DNA from: Synechococcus elongatus PCC 6301
GTDB taxonomy: Bacteria > Cyanobacteriota > Cyanobacteriia > Synechococcales > Synechococcaceae
Length of the DNA: 32,000 bases
Assembly (NCBI RefSeq): GCF_000010065.1
Contig: NC_006576.1
Span: forward strand, 120,001-152,000
Direction: 5' to 3'
Below the pieces are notes generated by a model. It made no database searches and was not told the DNA's origin. It saw only the letters and a program-made list of their open reading frames with translations. Both the position numbers and the translations under genes were made by a program. The stretch's first letter is position 1. Each line of letters opens with the position of its first letter. Shown one piece after another: positions 1-9,592 of the stretch.

Positions 1-308
1 GCACCGCAGTGCGAGTGACCGCAGACCACAACATGCTCAATGTTCAAAGCTGCGATCGCGTATTCGATCGATGCCCCTTCACCACCGTTGGCGGCACCGA
101 AGGGCGGGATCAGATTGCCAGCGTTGCGAATGACGAACAGCTCACCCATGCCCGACTGGGTAATGAGGTTAGGGTCAATGCGCGAGTCTGAGCAGGTAAT
201 GAACAGGACTCGAGGGTGCTGACCTTTGGCAAACTGCTCGAACAGGTCCCGATGAGACGGGTAGTAGGACGTACGGAAATGCCGTAACCCCTCGATGAGC
301 TTGCGCAT
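1..308 (-). CDS. ccaA: Beta-class carbonic anhydrase, N-terminal part (gene runs off the window start)
   Basis: Minus-strand frame from ATG at 308 reads [51 protein letters not shown]...[33 protein letters not shown], with the beta-CA motifs CSDSR and HSHCGA. Also named icfA. Confidence 0.96.
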   Translation of the reverse strand, partial: [102 protein letters not shown]

Positions 309-454
309 GCCAGTGATACTCGGGACTGAGAAGCATTATCGCGGAGAAGCGATCGCCCGCCTACAAGCTTTGCAAAATCCGATGGAGTCGATAAGTGCAG
401 ACAATCCCTCAGCTGGGTAGGCTAAGGCCACAGAGATTCCCTGAGGAGTGCAGC

Positions 455-874
455 ATGCGAGTTTTGAGTGGGGCAGCAGTGGTCAGCGCCATCAGCGTGA
501 TCGGAGTCCCTGTCGCAGTCATGGCTCAGCCAGCCCCTAGCAGTCTCTACGGCACAACGCTGATCTATCTCACTTGCGTCAACCTCAATAACGGCACGAT
601 TACCCGTCAGGATCTCTCCAGTCTGAGCGATCGCCAATACAATGCGCTGCTGCCAATTTGTAACTCTCTACAAGATGGCAAGATTACGCCTGAAGAAACG
701 GTGGCAATCCAGACTCGACTCAAGCAGGAAAGCAGGCAAATCAATCAGGATGTTGCTCAACAACTCCAAAGCCAGCCCTACTTACAAGGAGCGCAAATTG
801 ATCTGCAGTCGGTTGAAACTATCAACCAAATTAACTCGATTTTCAATACAACTTTTACACCCGCTCCTTTTTAG
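455..874 (+). CDS. Small secreted protein of unknown function with signal peptide and weak EF-hand-like segments
   Basis: ATG at 455 preceded by GAGGAG; MRVLSGAAVVSAISVIGVPVAVMAQP looks like a Sec signal peptide. The mature part has NNGTITRQD and DGKITPEE segments. The ORF call from 395 is probably over-extended. Confidence 0.72.
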   Translation: MRVLSGAAVVSAISVIGVPVAVMAQPAPSSLYGTTLIYLTCVNLNNGTITRQDLSSLSDRQYNALLPICNSLQDGKITPEETVAIQTRLKQESRQINQDVAQQLQSQPYLQGAQIDLQSVETINQINSIFNTTFTPAPF

Positions 875-928
875 CGAGACGCCATACAGCAAAGCACTAG
901 GCGCGATCGCTGCAGGCTACTCCACAGC

Positions 929-2095
929 TTGGATCACTACCCACAGGATTTGGAGAACAGCCCCTATCTAGGCGAAGAGATGTTGAAACTTACTGTCGCT
1001 AACACTGTGACGGCACTGATTCAAGGTGACATCAGCGAACACTATTCTATTCGTCAGATTCCTCTGCAAGGGGAGGTGATTGGCCTAGGCACCACCACCG
1101 AAATTGATAACGGCGAGCTCTGTTTCTTGCCAGAAGGGGATGCCACCACTATCTACAAAGGGGAACCGCAAACGGGAGCAGCAATTTTTCAGGATCCGAG
1201 TTCAGAGCTGATTCATTTCCCCTATGTCTGCTTCACCAGTAATGGCGCTGGACTGGGGATCTCTGTTGACGCCGCTAGCCTGCCGCCGGTTGAAGCAGGG
1301 CTGCAAGCTATGGTTGCCGCTGCGATCGCTCAGATCGATTCCCCAGCCGATTACTTTGGTATCCGTCTGCAAGCCCACTGGCAAGCCTTGGTAGTGACAG
1401 TTGCTGCCAAGCTCTGTCTCTGGCAACGGGGGCGGTTGCTGCGCGATCGCCAAGAGGACAATGTCTACGAGAGCCTCAAGCACTTTTACTTTGCCGAACA
1501 GTCAGGTGACCCGCTCCATCATTTCCTTGGGCCTGCCCCCGTCTGGAATCTCAGTGGCTTTTATGCGCGCCATCCTGAAACGGGGCTTGTGACTGTACCG
1601 CAGGCGAATGCTCACCTTCACATTCACGGTTGCTCAAGCGATTTGCGCTTCGCAGGGCACATCCACCATGAACATCCCAATACGAGACTGAGATTGATTC
1701 AAGGGTTGATCCTCTATCCGATTGCAGCTGTCGAGGTGCTGAAGGCTGACTTGGCAGTGATAGATCTCCGTATCGAGGAGGATTTACTACGATTCACGAT
1801 TGCCAACCAAGGCCGAATGGATGTTAGTGATGCGGATGTGGTGATCGTGGTTAACAACAGCTATCGGGGGCATCGTGCCCTGCGCTTACCCTGGTTAGCC
1901 CAAGGCGATCGTGAAGACGTGGCCTATCCGATTGCTGGGTTGCCGTTACAGGCAGGCACAAACTTGATTGAAGTGATTGCCAATCCTGATCAAACCATTC
2001 TGGAAGAGAATCTCAGTGATAATCGGGCCAGTATCACTACAGTCTTTACGCCCAGTCTGATGCAACCTTGTTCTGAAGACTCGCTGAGTGCTTAA
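929..2095 (+). CDS. Protein with acetolactate-decarboxylase-like N-terminal domain and C-terminal CARDB-like domain
   Basis: N-terminal part: TVTALIQG...GEVIGLGTTTEIDNGELCFL...FPYVCF then HIHGCSSDLRFAGH, as in the BudA/AlsD family. C-terminal part: KADLAVIDLRIEEDLLRFTIANQGRMDVSDADVVIVV...NLIEVIANPDQTILEENLSDNRAS, CARDB-like. Start is TTG at 929; ATG at 980 is an alternative. Confidence 0.8.
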   Translation: MDHYPQDLENSPYLGEEMLKLTVANTVTALIQGDISEHYSIRQIPLQGEVIGLGTTTEIDNGELCFLPEGDATTIYKGEPQTGAAIFQDPSSELIHFPYVCFTSNGAGLGISVDAASLPPVEAGLQAMVAAAIAQIDSPADYFGIRLQAHWQALVVTVAAKLCLWQRGRLLRDRQEDNVYESLKHFYFAEQSGDPLHHFLGPAPVWNLSGFYARHPETGLVTVPQANAHLHIHGCSSDLRFAGHIHHEHPNTRLRLIQGLILYPIAAVEVLKADLAVIDLRIEEDLLRFTIANQGRMDVSDADVVIVVNNSYRGHRALRLPWLAQGDREDVAYPIAGLPLQAGTNLIEVIANPDQTILEENLSDNRASITTVFTPSLMQPCSEDSLSA

Positions 2096-2263
2096 AATTT
2101 AAAATGGAAATTTTTAATTCAATCTATAAACCTGATCTTTAGATTTATCTTTGGCAGTTAAAACCCAATTATTCAGCCCAAAAGTTTCTCAGGATTGAGT
2201 TGGCAATTGTCTGAGATCGACTCTATAGTCGAAGTACTGCAGACGATGCAGTCAAGAACTGTA

Positions 2264-2294
2264 AGCTGACCTCCTGACGAGGCAGCTTTTTTTT
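2264..2294 (+). terminator. Probable Rho-independent terminator downstream of the AlsD-like/CARDB gene
   Basis: AGCTG(A)CCTC-CTGAC-GAGGCAGCT (one bulged A) followed by a run of T. Confidence 0.65.
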
Positions 2295-2507
2295 GATTAA
2301 GCGATCGCTTCTGCAAACAATTTCTCCACTCTTTCGACAAGGTATCAGCCTCCCACCGTTCACCCTCATCCCAGAGGAGCAGAACTATTTGTAGCGGTAC
2401 GACACTGATATAGATCAAGACCAGCACTAAAAAGCGGAACCCCGACAAGTCGAGATTCCGCAGCACTCCAGAGAGGTAAAGTGAGGGCGCGATCGCCTCC
2501 TTAGGGT

Positions 2508-3581
2508 TTAGGCAAACACTTTGGTTTGAGCGCGCAGTTCGCCTTTGGCGTATTTCGCTGCGAACTCATCCAAGCCTTCTTGCTTGATCTTGCTGGCTTG
2601 TCCAGCGGTATTGAAGGCCACGTAGCGATCGACGCACACTTGTTTCATGTACTTGATCGCCGGTTTGTTGAAGTGGCGGGGGTCAAAGTTGCTGGGGTCT
2701 TTGGCCGCTGCTTCACGAACCGCAGCCGTAAAGGCCAAGCGGTTATCGGTGTCGATGTTGATTTTGCGGACGCCGAGTTTGATCGCTTTTTGGATCTCTT
2801 CGACAGGTACGCCGTAGGTCTCGGGAATCTGACCGCCGTATTCGTTGATCAGTTCCAGCAGCTCTTGGGGAACCGACGAAGAACCGTGCATCACCAAGTG
2901 GGTATTGGGCAGACGACGGTGGATTTCTTCGATGCGGCTGATCGCCAAGATTTCGCCCGTCGGTTTGCGGGTGAATTTGTAAGCGCCGTGGCTGGTGCCG
3001 ATCGCAACAGCCAGAGCGTCGACTTGCGTTTTTTCAACGAAGTCAACAGCCTGGTCAGGGTCGGTCAGTAGTTGCGAATGGTCGAGGGTGCCCTCGAAAC
3101 CATGGCCGTCTTCGGCTTCACCTTTGCCGGTTTCCAAGGAACCCAAGCAACCTAGCTCGCCTTCAACGCTGACGCCGATTGAGTGAGCCACGTCCACCAC
3201 TTGACGGGTCACTTCAACGTTGTACTCGTAGCTGGCAGGGGTTTTAGCGTCGGCTTCCAAGGAGCCGTCCATCATCACGCTGGTAAAGCCGTTTTTGATG
3301 GCGGAGTAGCAGGTCGCCGGGCTGTTGCCATGGTCTTGGTGCATGGCGATGGGGATGTGGGGGTAGGTTTCCACAGCCGCCAGAATCAGGTGGCGCAAGA
3401 AGTTTTCGCCAGCGTAGCTGCGGGCACCCCGAGACGCTTGCAGAATGACAGGGCTATCAGTTTCGTCTGCCGCTTGCAGAATCGACTGAACCTGCTCCAG
3501 GTTGTTGACGTTGAAAGCAGGAATGCCGTATTCGTTCTCAGCTGCATGATCAAGCATGAGCCGCAAGGGTACGAGCGCCAT
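2508..3581 (-). CDS. fba: Fructose-bisphosphate aldolase, class II (357 aa)
   Basis: [30 protein letters not shown]...IALHQDHGNS-type motif ([10 protein letters not shown]), ...HGSSSVP..., [21 protein letters not shown] at 3581 with upstream GGAGG; the ORF call to 3650 is over-extended. Confidence 0.96.
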   Translation of the reverse strand: MALVPLRLMLDHAAENEYGIPAFNVNNLEQVQSILQAADETDSPVILQASRGARSYAGENFLRHLILAAVETYPHIPIAMHQDHGNSPATCYSAIKNGFTSVMMDGSLEADAKTPASYEYNVEVTRQVVDVAHSIGVSVEGELGCLGSLETGKGEAEDGHGFEGTLDHSQLLTDPDQAVDFVEKTQVDALAVAIGTSHGAYKFTRKPTGEILAISRIEEIHRRLPNTHLVMHGSSSVPQELLELINEYGGQIPETYGVPVEEIQKAIKLGVRKINIDTDNRLAFTAAVREAAAKDPSNFDPRHFNKPAIKYMKQVCVDRYVAFNTAGQASKIKQEGLDEFAAKYAKGELRAQTKVFA

Positions 3582-3822
3582 AGAAGGTCCTCCGACTTGG
3601 GTTCCTGAATGCTGACGACCTGTTCGACCAGGCCGCAACTCTCTGTTCAAACAATCTTAGGCTAAGGGCAGCCCCGCAGACGGTCGCGAGCAATGCCAAG
3701 GGGGATCAAGCGGCGATCGCGACTTCTTTTGCCACAAAAACCTGGTGATCGTGCATCGAGTTAACGACTGAAGGCAGACGTTCTCTCAATCACTATTAAG
3801 GGATTGGTGGTGCTTGAAAAAA

Positions 3823-3894
3823 TGGGTCGCCTGGGATTCGAACCCAGGACCAATCGGTTAAAAGCCGAGTGCTCTACCGCTGAGCTAGCGACCC
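3823..3894 (-). tRNA. trnK: tRNA-Lys (anticodon UUU)
   Basis: Minus strand reads GGGTCGCTAGCTCAGCGGTAGAGCACTCGGCTTTTAACCGATTGGTCCTGGGTTCGAATCCCAGGCGACCCA: full cloverleaf, T-loop GGTTCGAATCC, anticodon TTT in CTTTTAA. Confidence 0.97.
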
Positions 3895-3964
3895 ATGCCT
3901 GATTGAGGCACGTTTTTTAATTTAGCATAAACGCCTGATCTCGCAAGTAGTCGGACCTGAGACT

Positions 3965-4399
3965 TCAGGTAGAGGGTTCCAGACGGGTCTGGAAGCGCAG
4001 AAACTCTAGCGGCAACCCATCACGATCGCTCAGAAACATCACTTCGTAGATGCTGGTGCCAATCTGCTGCTGGCGTGGCGTGAGTAAGACGGGCGCGGGT
4101 GCTTCGCCCTGAGCTTGCAGTCTGACCTGAAATTCATCCAGCCACTGACTGAGATTGGGAGTCAGTGCGGTTAGGTCAAAAGAAAGATGGTAATAGCCGG
4201 TGTAGTGCTCGTCGTGGAAGGCATCAGCAGCAGGTCGGGGTTGGGGCACTTGCAGGAGTTCGATGCGGCCGCCCAAACCTTCCATCCAGCAAGCCAAAGT
4301 GTAGCCAGCGGTGAATCGCTCGCAAACCTGAAATCCTAGAAGTTCGTAGAAGTCGATCGCGCGGTGGATATCGGCGGTACGAATCGATGCATGGTGCAT
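3965..4399 (-). CDS. Glyoxalase/VOC superfamily protein (lactoylglutathione lyase-like)
   Basis: MHHASIRTADIHRAIDFYELLGFQVCERFTAGYTLACWMEGLGGRIELLQ... and FLSDRDGLPLEFLRF are typical VOC/GloA motifs. Confidence 0.85.
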   Translation of the reverse strand: MHHASIRTADIHRAIDFYELLGFQVCERFTAGYTLACWMEGLGGRIELLQVPQPRPAADAFHDEHYTGYYHLSFDLTALTPNLSQWLDEFQVRLQAQGEAPAPVLLTPRQQQIGTSIYEVMFLSDRDGLPLEFLRFQTRLEPST

Positions 4400-4473
4400 G
4401 GTGGGTCAGGGCGCAAGTGGGTGTGGATAGTTGGGTTGTGATGATTCTGGTCTATCAATCAAAACCTTTGTCC

Positions 4474-4594
4474 GTGGGGGTGATTGCGCACCCCCACACC
4501 CACGCACTGGGGGCCTCGACTCCCCCAGCCCCCCCGCAACAGGATGGTCGGTGGGACTGCCCGGGTAAGAGCCAGACATTGCAATTAGTCGGCT
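4474..4594 (+). promoter_or_regulatory. Structured leader region upstream of cbiB/cobD (possible riboswitch-like element)
   Basis: Hairpins: GTGGGGGTG-ATTGCG-CACCCCCAC (4474-4497), CTGGGGG-CCTCGACT-CCCCCAG (4507-4528), AGCC(A)GAC...GTCGGCT (4570-4594). Includes CCCCCGCAAC and GAGCCAGACA, loosely like cobalamin riboswitch motifs. Confidence 0.35.
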
Positions 4595-4646
4595 TGCGGG
4601 AGCAGGCGTTTGGGTTTGAGGCTCCAACAGCACTCCAAGGGCAGTC

Positions 4647-5624
4647 ATGATGTCTGCGTCACTGACGACGATCGCGGTCTTGGGGTTGGCGGCCTTGCTG
4701 GATTACGGTGTCGGCGATCCCTGGGGTTGGCCGCATCCGGTGCAGGCTTTGGGCTGGGTCATCGCTTGCTGGCGCGACTGGACGTTTCGCTGGCTGAAAT
4801 CTGCGATCGCTCAGCGGATCTCAGGCATGGTCCTGACGATTGTTCTGGTGGCTGGTAGCGCGATCGCTAGCTGGGTTGCTTTTGGGGCGATCGCTCGTCT
4901 CTCACCACTCCTCTCGGCAGGTCTGCAAGTGATTCTGCTGGCAAGCTGTTTCGCCGGTCGCAGCTTGCGGGAAGCAGCTGCGGAAGTTCTGAAACCCCTA
5001 GCTGCTGAGGATTTGCCAGCAGCTCGAAGGGCACTGAGTCGCTACGTGGGCCGCGATACTGATCAGCTGTCGGCGCTCGAAATTCAGCGAGCGGTGCTGG
5101 AAACGGTGACTGAAAATTCGACGGATGGTGTTTTGGCACCACTGTTCTATGCCGGATTAGGAGTATTGCTGGGACTTGGCCCTGTTCCGTTGGCGATCGC
5201 CTATAAGGCTGCCAGCACCTTGGATTCGATGGTGGGCTACCGCCGCCCGCCCTACACGAACCTAGGTTGGTTTCCAGCTCGTAGCGAGGATGTCTGGACT
5301 TGGTTGCCCTGCCGCTTGGTGGTGCTGACGATCGCGCTATTCAGTGGTCAGCCCCGACAGGTCTGGCAAATTTGCTGCCGCGATGCTCCGGCGGATCCCA
5401 GTCCCAATGCAGGCTGGAGCGAAGCGGCCTACGCAGCTGCGCTGGGGGTTCAAGTCGGCGGCGACAACGTCTACCAAGGTCAAATCGTCTCGAAGCCGCT
5501 ACTGGGGGATCCACAGCGATCGCTGGATGCCACAGTCATTCAGCAAGCCTTGCAGTTAACCCGCATCGCTTTTTTGCTTTGGTTAGCTGTGATCGCGGGA
5601 CTGCTACTAGCGTTGGGGCATTAG
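4647..5624 (+). CDS. cobD: Adenosylcobinamide-phosphate synthase (CbiB/CobD), membrane protein
   Basis: [77 protein letters not shown] are CbiB family signatures. Confidence 0.93.
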
Positions 5625-5704
5625 AAACCCTGCCGGCTCACAGTGGTGTTCCAAGATGGGCGTCCCCCAGCCCAGTATTCTGGGAAAGGCTTTTTCCAGA
5701 TTCC

Positions 5705-6625
5705 ATGCGCGTTCGTGTCGCTGTTCCTGCTACGACGGCCAATCTTGGTCCGGGTTTCGACTGCCTTGGGGCAGCTCTGACGCTCTACAACCACTTCTGG
5801 TTTGCGCCTGCCTCAACCGGCGAGCTAGAGATTACGGCGCGGGGCATGGATGCCGAGAAGATCAGCGGCGATCGCGACAATCTGGTTTATCGCGCTTTCG
5901 CGGCGTTTTTTGAAAAGCAGGAGCAGCCGGTTCCAGCACTCAAGCTGGAAATTGAGCTGGCGGTGCCGCTAGCACGAGGTTTAGGCAGTTCTGCGACTGC
6001 GATCGTCGCCGGTTTGGTGGGGGCGAATGCGCTGGCCGGCAGCCCTTGGAGCAATGCACAACTCTGCGATCTAGCAACGGAGCTGGAAGGCCACCCCGAC
6101 AATGTGGTGCCGGCGCTCCTCGGTGGTTGTCGCTTGGCGGCTCGCGATCGCCAGAATCAATGGGCGATCGCCGATCTCGACTGGCACCCCGACTTCATCC
6201 CAGTTGTCGCGATTCCGGACTTCGAGCTTTCGACCGAAGCGGCACGGCAGGTTCTCCCCACTCAATACAGCCGCAGTGATGCGATTTTCAATGCTGCTCA
6301 CGTTGGCCTTGTGGTGCGATCGCTGGCCAGCGGTAATGGCGAATGGCTAGCAGCCGCACTGCAGGATCGCCTCCATCAGCCCTACCGCCAGGCCCTGATT
6401 CCGGGCTACGCAGCGGTGGAAACTGCTGCCCTGGAAGCTGGTGCTTTTGGTCTGGTGATCAGTGGCGCAGGCCCGACTTTGCTGGCGATCTCCAGCCCCG
6501 ATCGCGCCGAAGCGGTACGCCAGGCCATGCTGACAACTTGGCAGGCAACCGGCCTCTCGGTCCGGGCTGAAATTTTGGCGATCGCGGAGTCCGGGACGCA
6601 GATTGAGCAGGAAACCGAAAATTAA
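5705..6625 (+). CDS. thrB: Homoserine kinase (306 aa)
   Basis: [25 protein letters not shown]..., GHMP kinase motif [32 protein letters not shown] at 5705; the ORF call from 5300 is over-extended. Confidence 0.95.
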
Positions 6626-6678
6626 AGCGCCAATTGCGTCACAAAAATTTACAATGTAAAAAAGTGGCGATCGCCAAC

Positions 6679-6710
6679 TTGAGTATTTTTACTCAGTCCA
6701 GGTATATACT
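6679..6710 (+). promoter_or_regulatory. Candidate ndhD promoter with embedded palindrome
   Basis: TTGAGT (6679-6684), 18-nt spacer, TATATA (6703-6708). Perfect TGAGTA-TTTT-TACTCA inverted repeat at 6680-6695. Confidence 0.4.
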
Positions 6711-6767
6711 GGTTGCCAAGCCACTAAGCAAATCTGCTTATCGACCAGGCTTGCACCTGGAGACCCG

Positions 6768-8369
6768 ATGACAAGCGAACAATTTCCCTGGCTTACAGGC
6801 ATTATCCTGCTGCCGATCTTGGCAGCGCTTCCCATCCCACTGATCCCTGACAAGGACGGTCGGACAGTCCGCTGGTACTCCTTATTTGTGGGGCTGGCGG
6901 ACTTTGCGTTGATGGTCTACGCCTTCTGGCAGCATTTCGATCGCAGTGAAGCAGGGCTTCAGATGGTCGAAAAGATTAGCTGGGTGCCGCAAATCGGGCT
7001 CAACTGGTCCTTAGCTGTCGATGGTCTATCGATGCCCTTGGTTCTGCTGACTGGCTTGGTCACCACCCTGGCAATCCTGGCCTCGTGGAACATCAACGTT
7101 AAACCCAAGTTGTTCCACTTCCTATTGCTGCTGCTCTACGGCGCTCAGATTGCCGTGTTCACAGCTCAAGACATGATGCTCTTCTTCCTTGTCTGGGAAC
7201 TGGAGCTGGTTCCGGTCTACCTGCTGATCTCGATTTGGGGTGGCCCCAAACGGCAGTACGCGGCAACCAAATTCATCCTTTACACTGCCTTAGCCTCCTT
7301 ATTCATCTTGGTGGCTGGTCTGGCTTTAGCCTTCAGTGGCGACAGCTTTAGCTTTGACCTGACTGAACTTGGCCTTAAGGATTACAGCCTCTGGTTGGAA
7401 TTACTGGCCTACGCTGGTTTCTTGATCGCCTTTGGCGTCAAGCTGTCGATCTTCCCGCTCCATACGTGGTTGCCGGATGCCCACGGCGAAGCCAATGCAC
7501 CCGGTTCGATGCTGCTGGCCGGCATTCTCTTGAAGATGGGCGGCTACGCGCTGATTCGCTTTAACGTGCAGCTTCTGCCAGAGGCGCATATCCGTTTTGC
7601 ACCTGTTCTTGCCGTGCTTGGCATTGTCAACATCATCTACGGCGCGCTTAATGCCTTTGCCCAGGACAACCTGAAGCGCAAGATCGCCTACTCCTCGATC
7701 TCGCACATGGGCTTTGTCCTTTTGGGAATTGCCGCTTACAACAGCTTGGGATTGAATGGCGCTCTGCTGCAGATGCTCTCCCATGGTCTGATTGCAGCGG
7801 CACTCTTCTTCTTGGCCGGTGTTGCCTACGAGCGCACCCACACGCTGCAGATTCCCCAAATCAGTGGGCTTGCCAAGCAAATGCCGATTACCTTCGCTCT
7901 CTTTACCGTCACCGCCATGGCATCCTTAGCGCTGCCCGGCATGAGTGGCTTTGTCAGCGAACTAACGGTGTTCTTGGGCTTTACCGATAGCGTTTACAGC
8001 AGTGGTTTCCGAACCGTCACGATTCTGCTGGCGGCTGTTGGTCTCGTCTTGACGCCGATGTATCTGCTCTCGATGCTGCGGCGGATCTTTTACGGCACCT
8101 ACAACATCCAACTGGGGCAAGTTCTGGCTGATGCCAAACCTCGAGAGCTATTCGTTGCCTTCTGCCTCTTGGTTCCGACCCTAGCGATCGGTTTCTATCC
8201 GAAGCTGACGACGCAGGTGTACGACGTGACCACGACGGCTCTGGCGGCTCAGGTACAGTCCAACTTGCCGGTCGTGGCGCTGGCCCAGCAGGGAAGTCTC
8301 TACTCCCAGATGCCGGCTGCTGAAGAAGCCACTGCGGTCTCGATGACTGCTCCGCCTGTGATCGACTGA
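6768..8369 (+). CDS. ndhD: NAD(P)H-quinone oxidoreductase chain 4 (NdhD)
   Basis: 533-aa multi-TM proton-pumping subunit: [73 protein letters not shown]. Confidence 0.95.
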
Positions 8370-8399
8370 ATCTGGGCTTGGCGATCGCTCTAACAATGA

Positions 8400-8427
8400 C
8401 AAGGGTTGAAGGCAACTTCAGCCCTTG
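8400..8427 (+). terminator. Probable ndhD terminator or 3' stability hairpin
   Basis: CAAGGGTTGAAG-GCAA-CTTCAGCCCTTG: 12-bp stem with one G-U pair and a GNRA tetraloop, then TTCT. Confidence 0.6.
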
Positions 8428-8507
8428 TTCTATCTCTACTCGCAACAGTTCGTATCGTTGCTAACAGTTCAGCCAGGGGGGGCCTAGCTAGGATAAAGAG
8501 GTCAAGC

Positions 8508-9002
8508 ATGGTTGCAATGAGGGTCTGCCCAGTGGTGACAGTACCAGAAGCGACTTGGGAGCAAGTAAGCTTCGCGTCAACCTTGCACCTTGAGCCGATC
8601 TTGTCTGTGCTCTTACGCCAGGTTCCAGCCCGCCACCGTCAGGAACTGCAACTGGGTTTACAGGAAGCGCTCGTCAATGCTGTCAAACACGGCAACTGCT
8701 CTGACCCCAGCAAACTCATCACTGTTCAGTACACTCGCTCTGGTGCCCACCACTGGTGGGTGGTCACTGACCAGGGATGTGGCTTTGGCGACTGCCTGCA
8801 AGAGACGCAGTCCCATGCCTGTCAACTACCTGACAGCAGCTGGGAATCGGGCCGAGGCTTATATATTTTGCGCCAAGTTTTCGACCAGGTAATTTGGAAC
8901 GAAACGGGTAATCAGCTCCGGCTTTGCCGCTATCTACCACACCCGCTGGTCGCCTGGCAGCCCAAGCCTGATCAAATGCTTGTTCGCTGGGCGATGTCCT
9001 GA
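8508..9002 (+). CDS. Anti-sigma regulatory factor, RsbW-like HATPase_c domain
   Basis: LQLGLQEALVNAVKHGN (N-box) and VTDQGCGFGDC...SGRGLYILRQVFDQV (G1/G2 boxes). ATG at 8508 is the likely start. Confidence 0.82.
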   Translation: MVAMRVCPVVTVPEATWEQVSFASTLHLEPILSVLLRQVPARHRQELQLGLQEALVNAVKHGNCSDPSKLITVQYTRSGAHHWWVVTDQGCGFGDCLQETQSHACQLPDSSWESGRGLYILRQVFDQVIWNETGNQLRLCRYLPHPLVAWQPKPDQMLVRWAMS

Positions 9003-9233
9003 CTTGCTGAAGCTGGGGGGCTTGTCTCAGCCGGTATTTGACCGGACCTGGGCAAGCTGATTCAATCCTCGTCATCATGACAAATTGCTGTGGAGGCTAG
9101 CTGAGCAACTGCTAGCAGGCAGTTGAGCAAGTGATGAGCGATGTCTTCAGTCATCTCCTGATCACAATGCCACGGTCGCTGGTGGGCCGAGACTCAGCGC
9201 GTAATTCAGCAGGTATTGTGGCTAGCCCGATCC

Positions 9234-9512
9234 CTAGCGCCGATGGGTGGGGCAAGGAGGCGGTGTGATGCTGCGATCGAGCAGCCCTAGCGCTTGTTGC
9301 AGATGGGCTTGGGCATCGTCAGGACGATTTTGCAACAGGGCTAGAACTGCAGCAGCAGTCTGTTCGCGGGCTCGCACCGGCCGATTATTTTTATAGCGAT
9401 GCCATTGGTCATCTGTCAGAGCTAGCCGTTCCAACAGAACTTGGGCGATCGCGATCGTGTCGACTTCGCGCAGGGCTTGACTAGCCGGACTTTGCAGAGG
9501 AGAAGCCGTCAT
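9234..9512 (-). CDS. Small conserved cyanobacterial protein of unknown function
   Basis: MTASPLQSPASQALREVDTIAIAQVLLERLALTDDQWHRYKNNRPVRAREQTAAAVLALLQ...AHLQQALGLLDRSITPPPCP. Helical and coherent; ATG at 9512 preferred over 9644. Confidence 0.7.
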   Translation of the reverse strand: MTASPLQSPASQALREVDTIAIAQVLLERLALTDDQWHRYKNNRPVRAREQTAAAVLALLQNRPDDAQAHLQQALGLLDRSITPPPCPTHRR

Positions 9513-9592
9513 GGGTGTTGAGGGGCGGAGAGACTTGACGAGCGATGGACTCTCCTTGCAGTGTAGGCGCAGGATGGTCTGGGCAGGGCTCA

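Noticed and set aside
642-971. 109-aa + ORF overlapping the secreted protein gene in another frame
   Set aside because: Lys/Arg/Leu/Ser-rich frame-shifted reading of a better-supported ORF with signal peptide and RBS.
2173-2466. 97-aa - strand ORF with one hydrophobic segment, downstream of fba
   Set aside because: GTG start with weak RBS, and it contains the + strand terminator-like hairpin at 2264-2294. Kept out for lack of support, though a small membrane protein is not excluded.
2526-3608. 181-aa and 141-aa + strand ORFs antisense to fba
   Set aside because: Mirror of a well-conserved aldolase CDS; no independent family or RBS evidence.
4406-4648. 80-aa - and 87-aa + ORFs between the VOC gene and cbiB
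   Set aside because: Pro/Gly/Ser-rich low-complexity products over a structured GC-rich region; better read as leader RNA/promoter DNA.
7401-8445. 159-aa and 142-aa - strand ORFs over ndhD
   Set aside because: Shadow ORFs within an unambiguous membrane-protein gene on the + strand.
9003-9233. Small inverted/direct repeats such as GCAACTG...CAGTTG near 9103-9125
   Set aside because: Short arms and no T-tract; could occur by chance in a region of this size.
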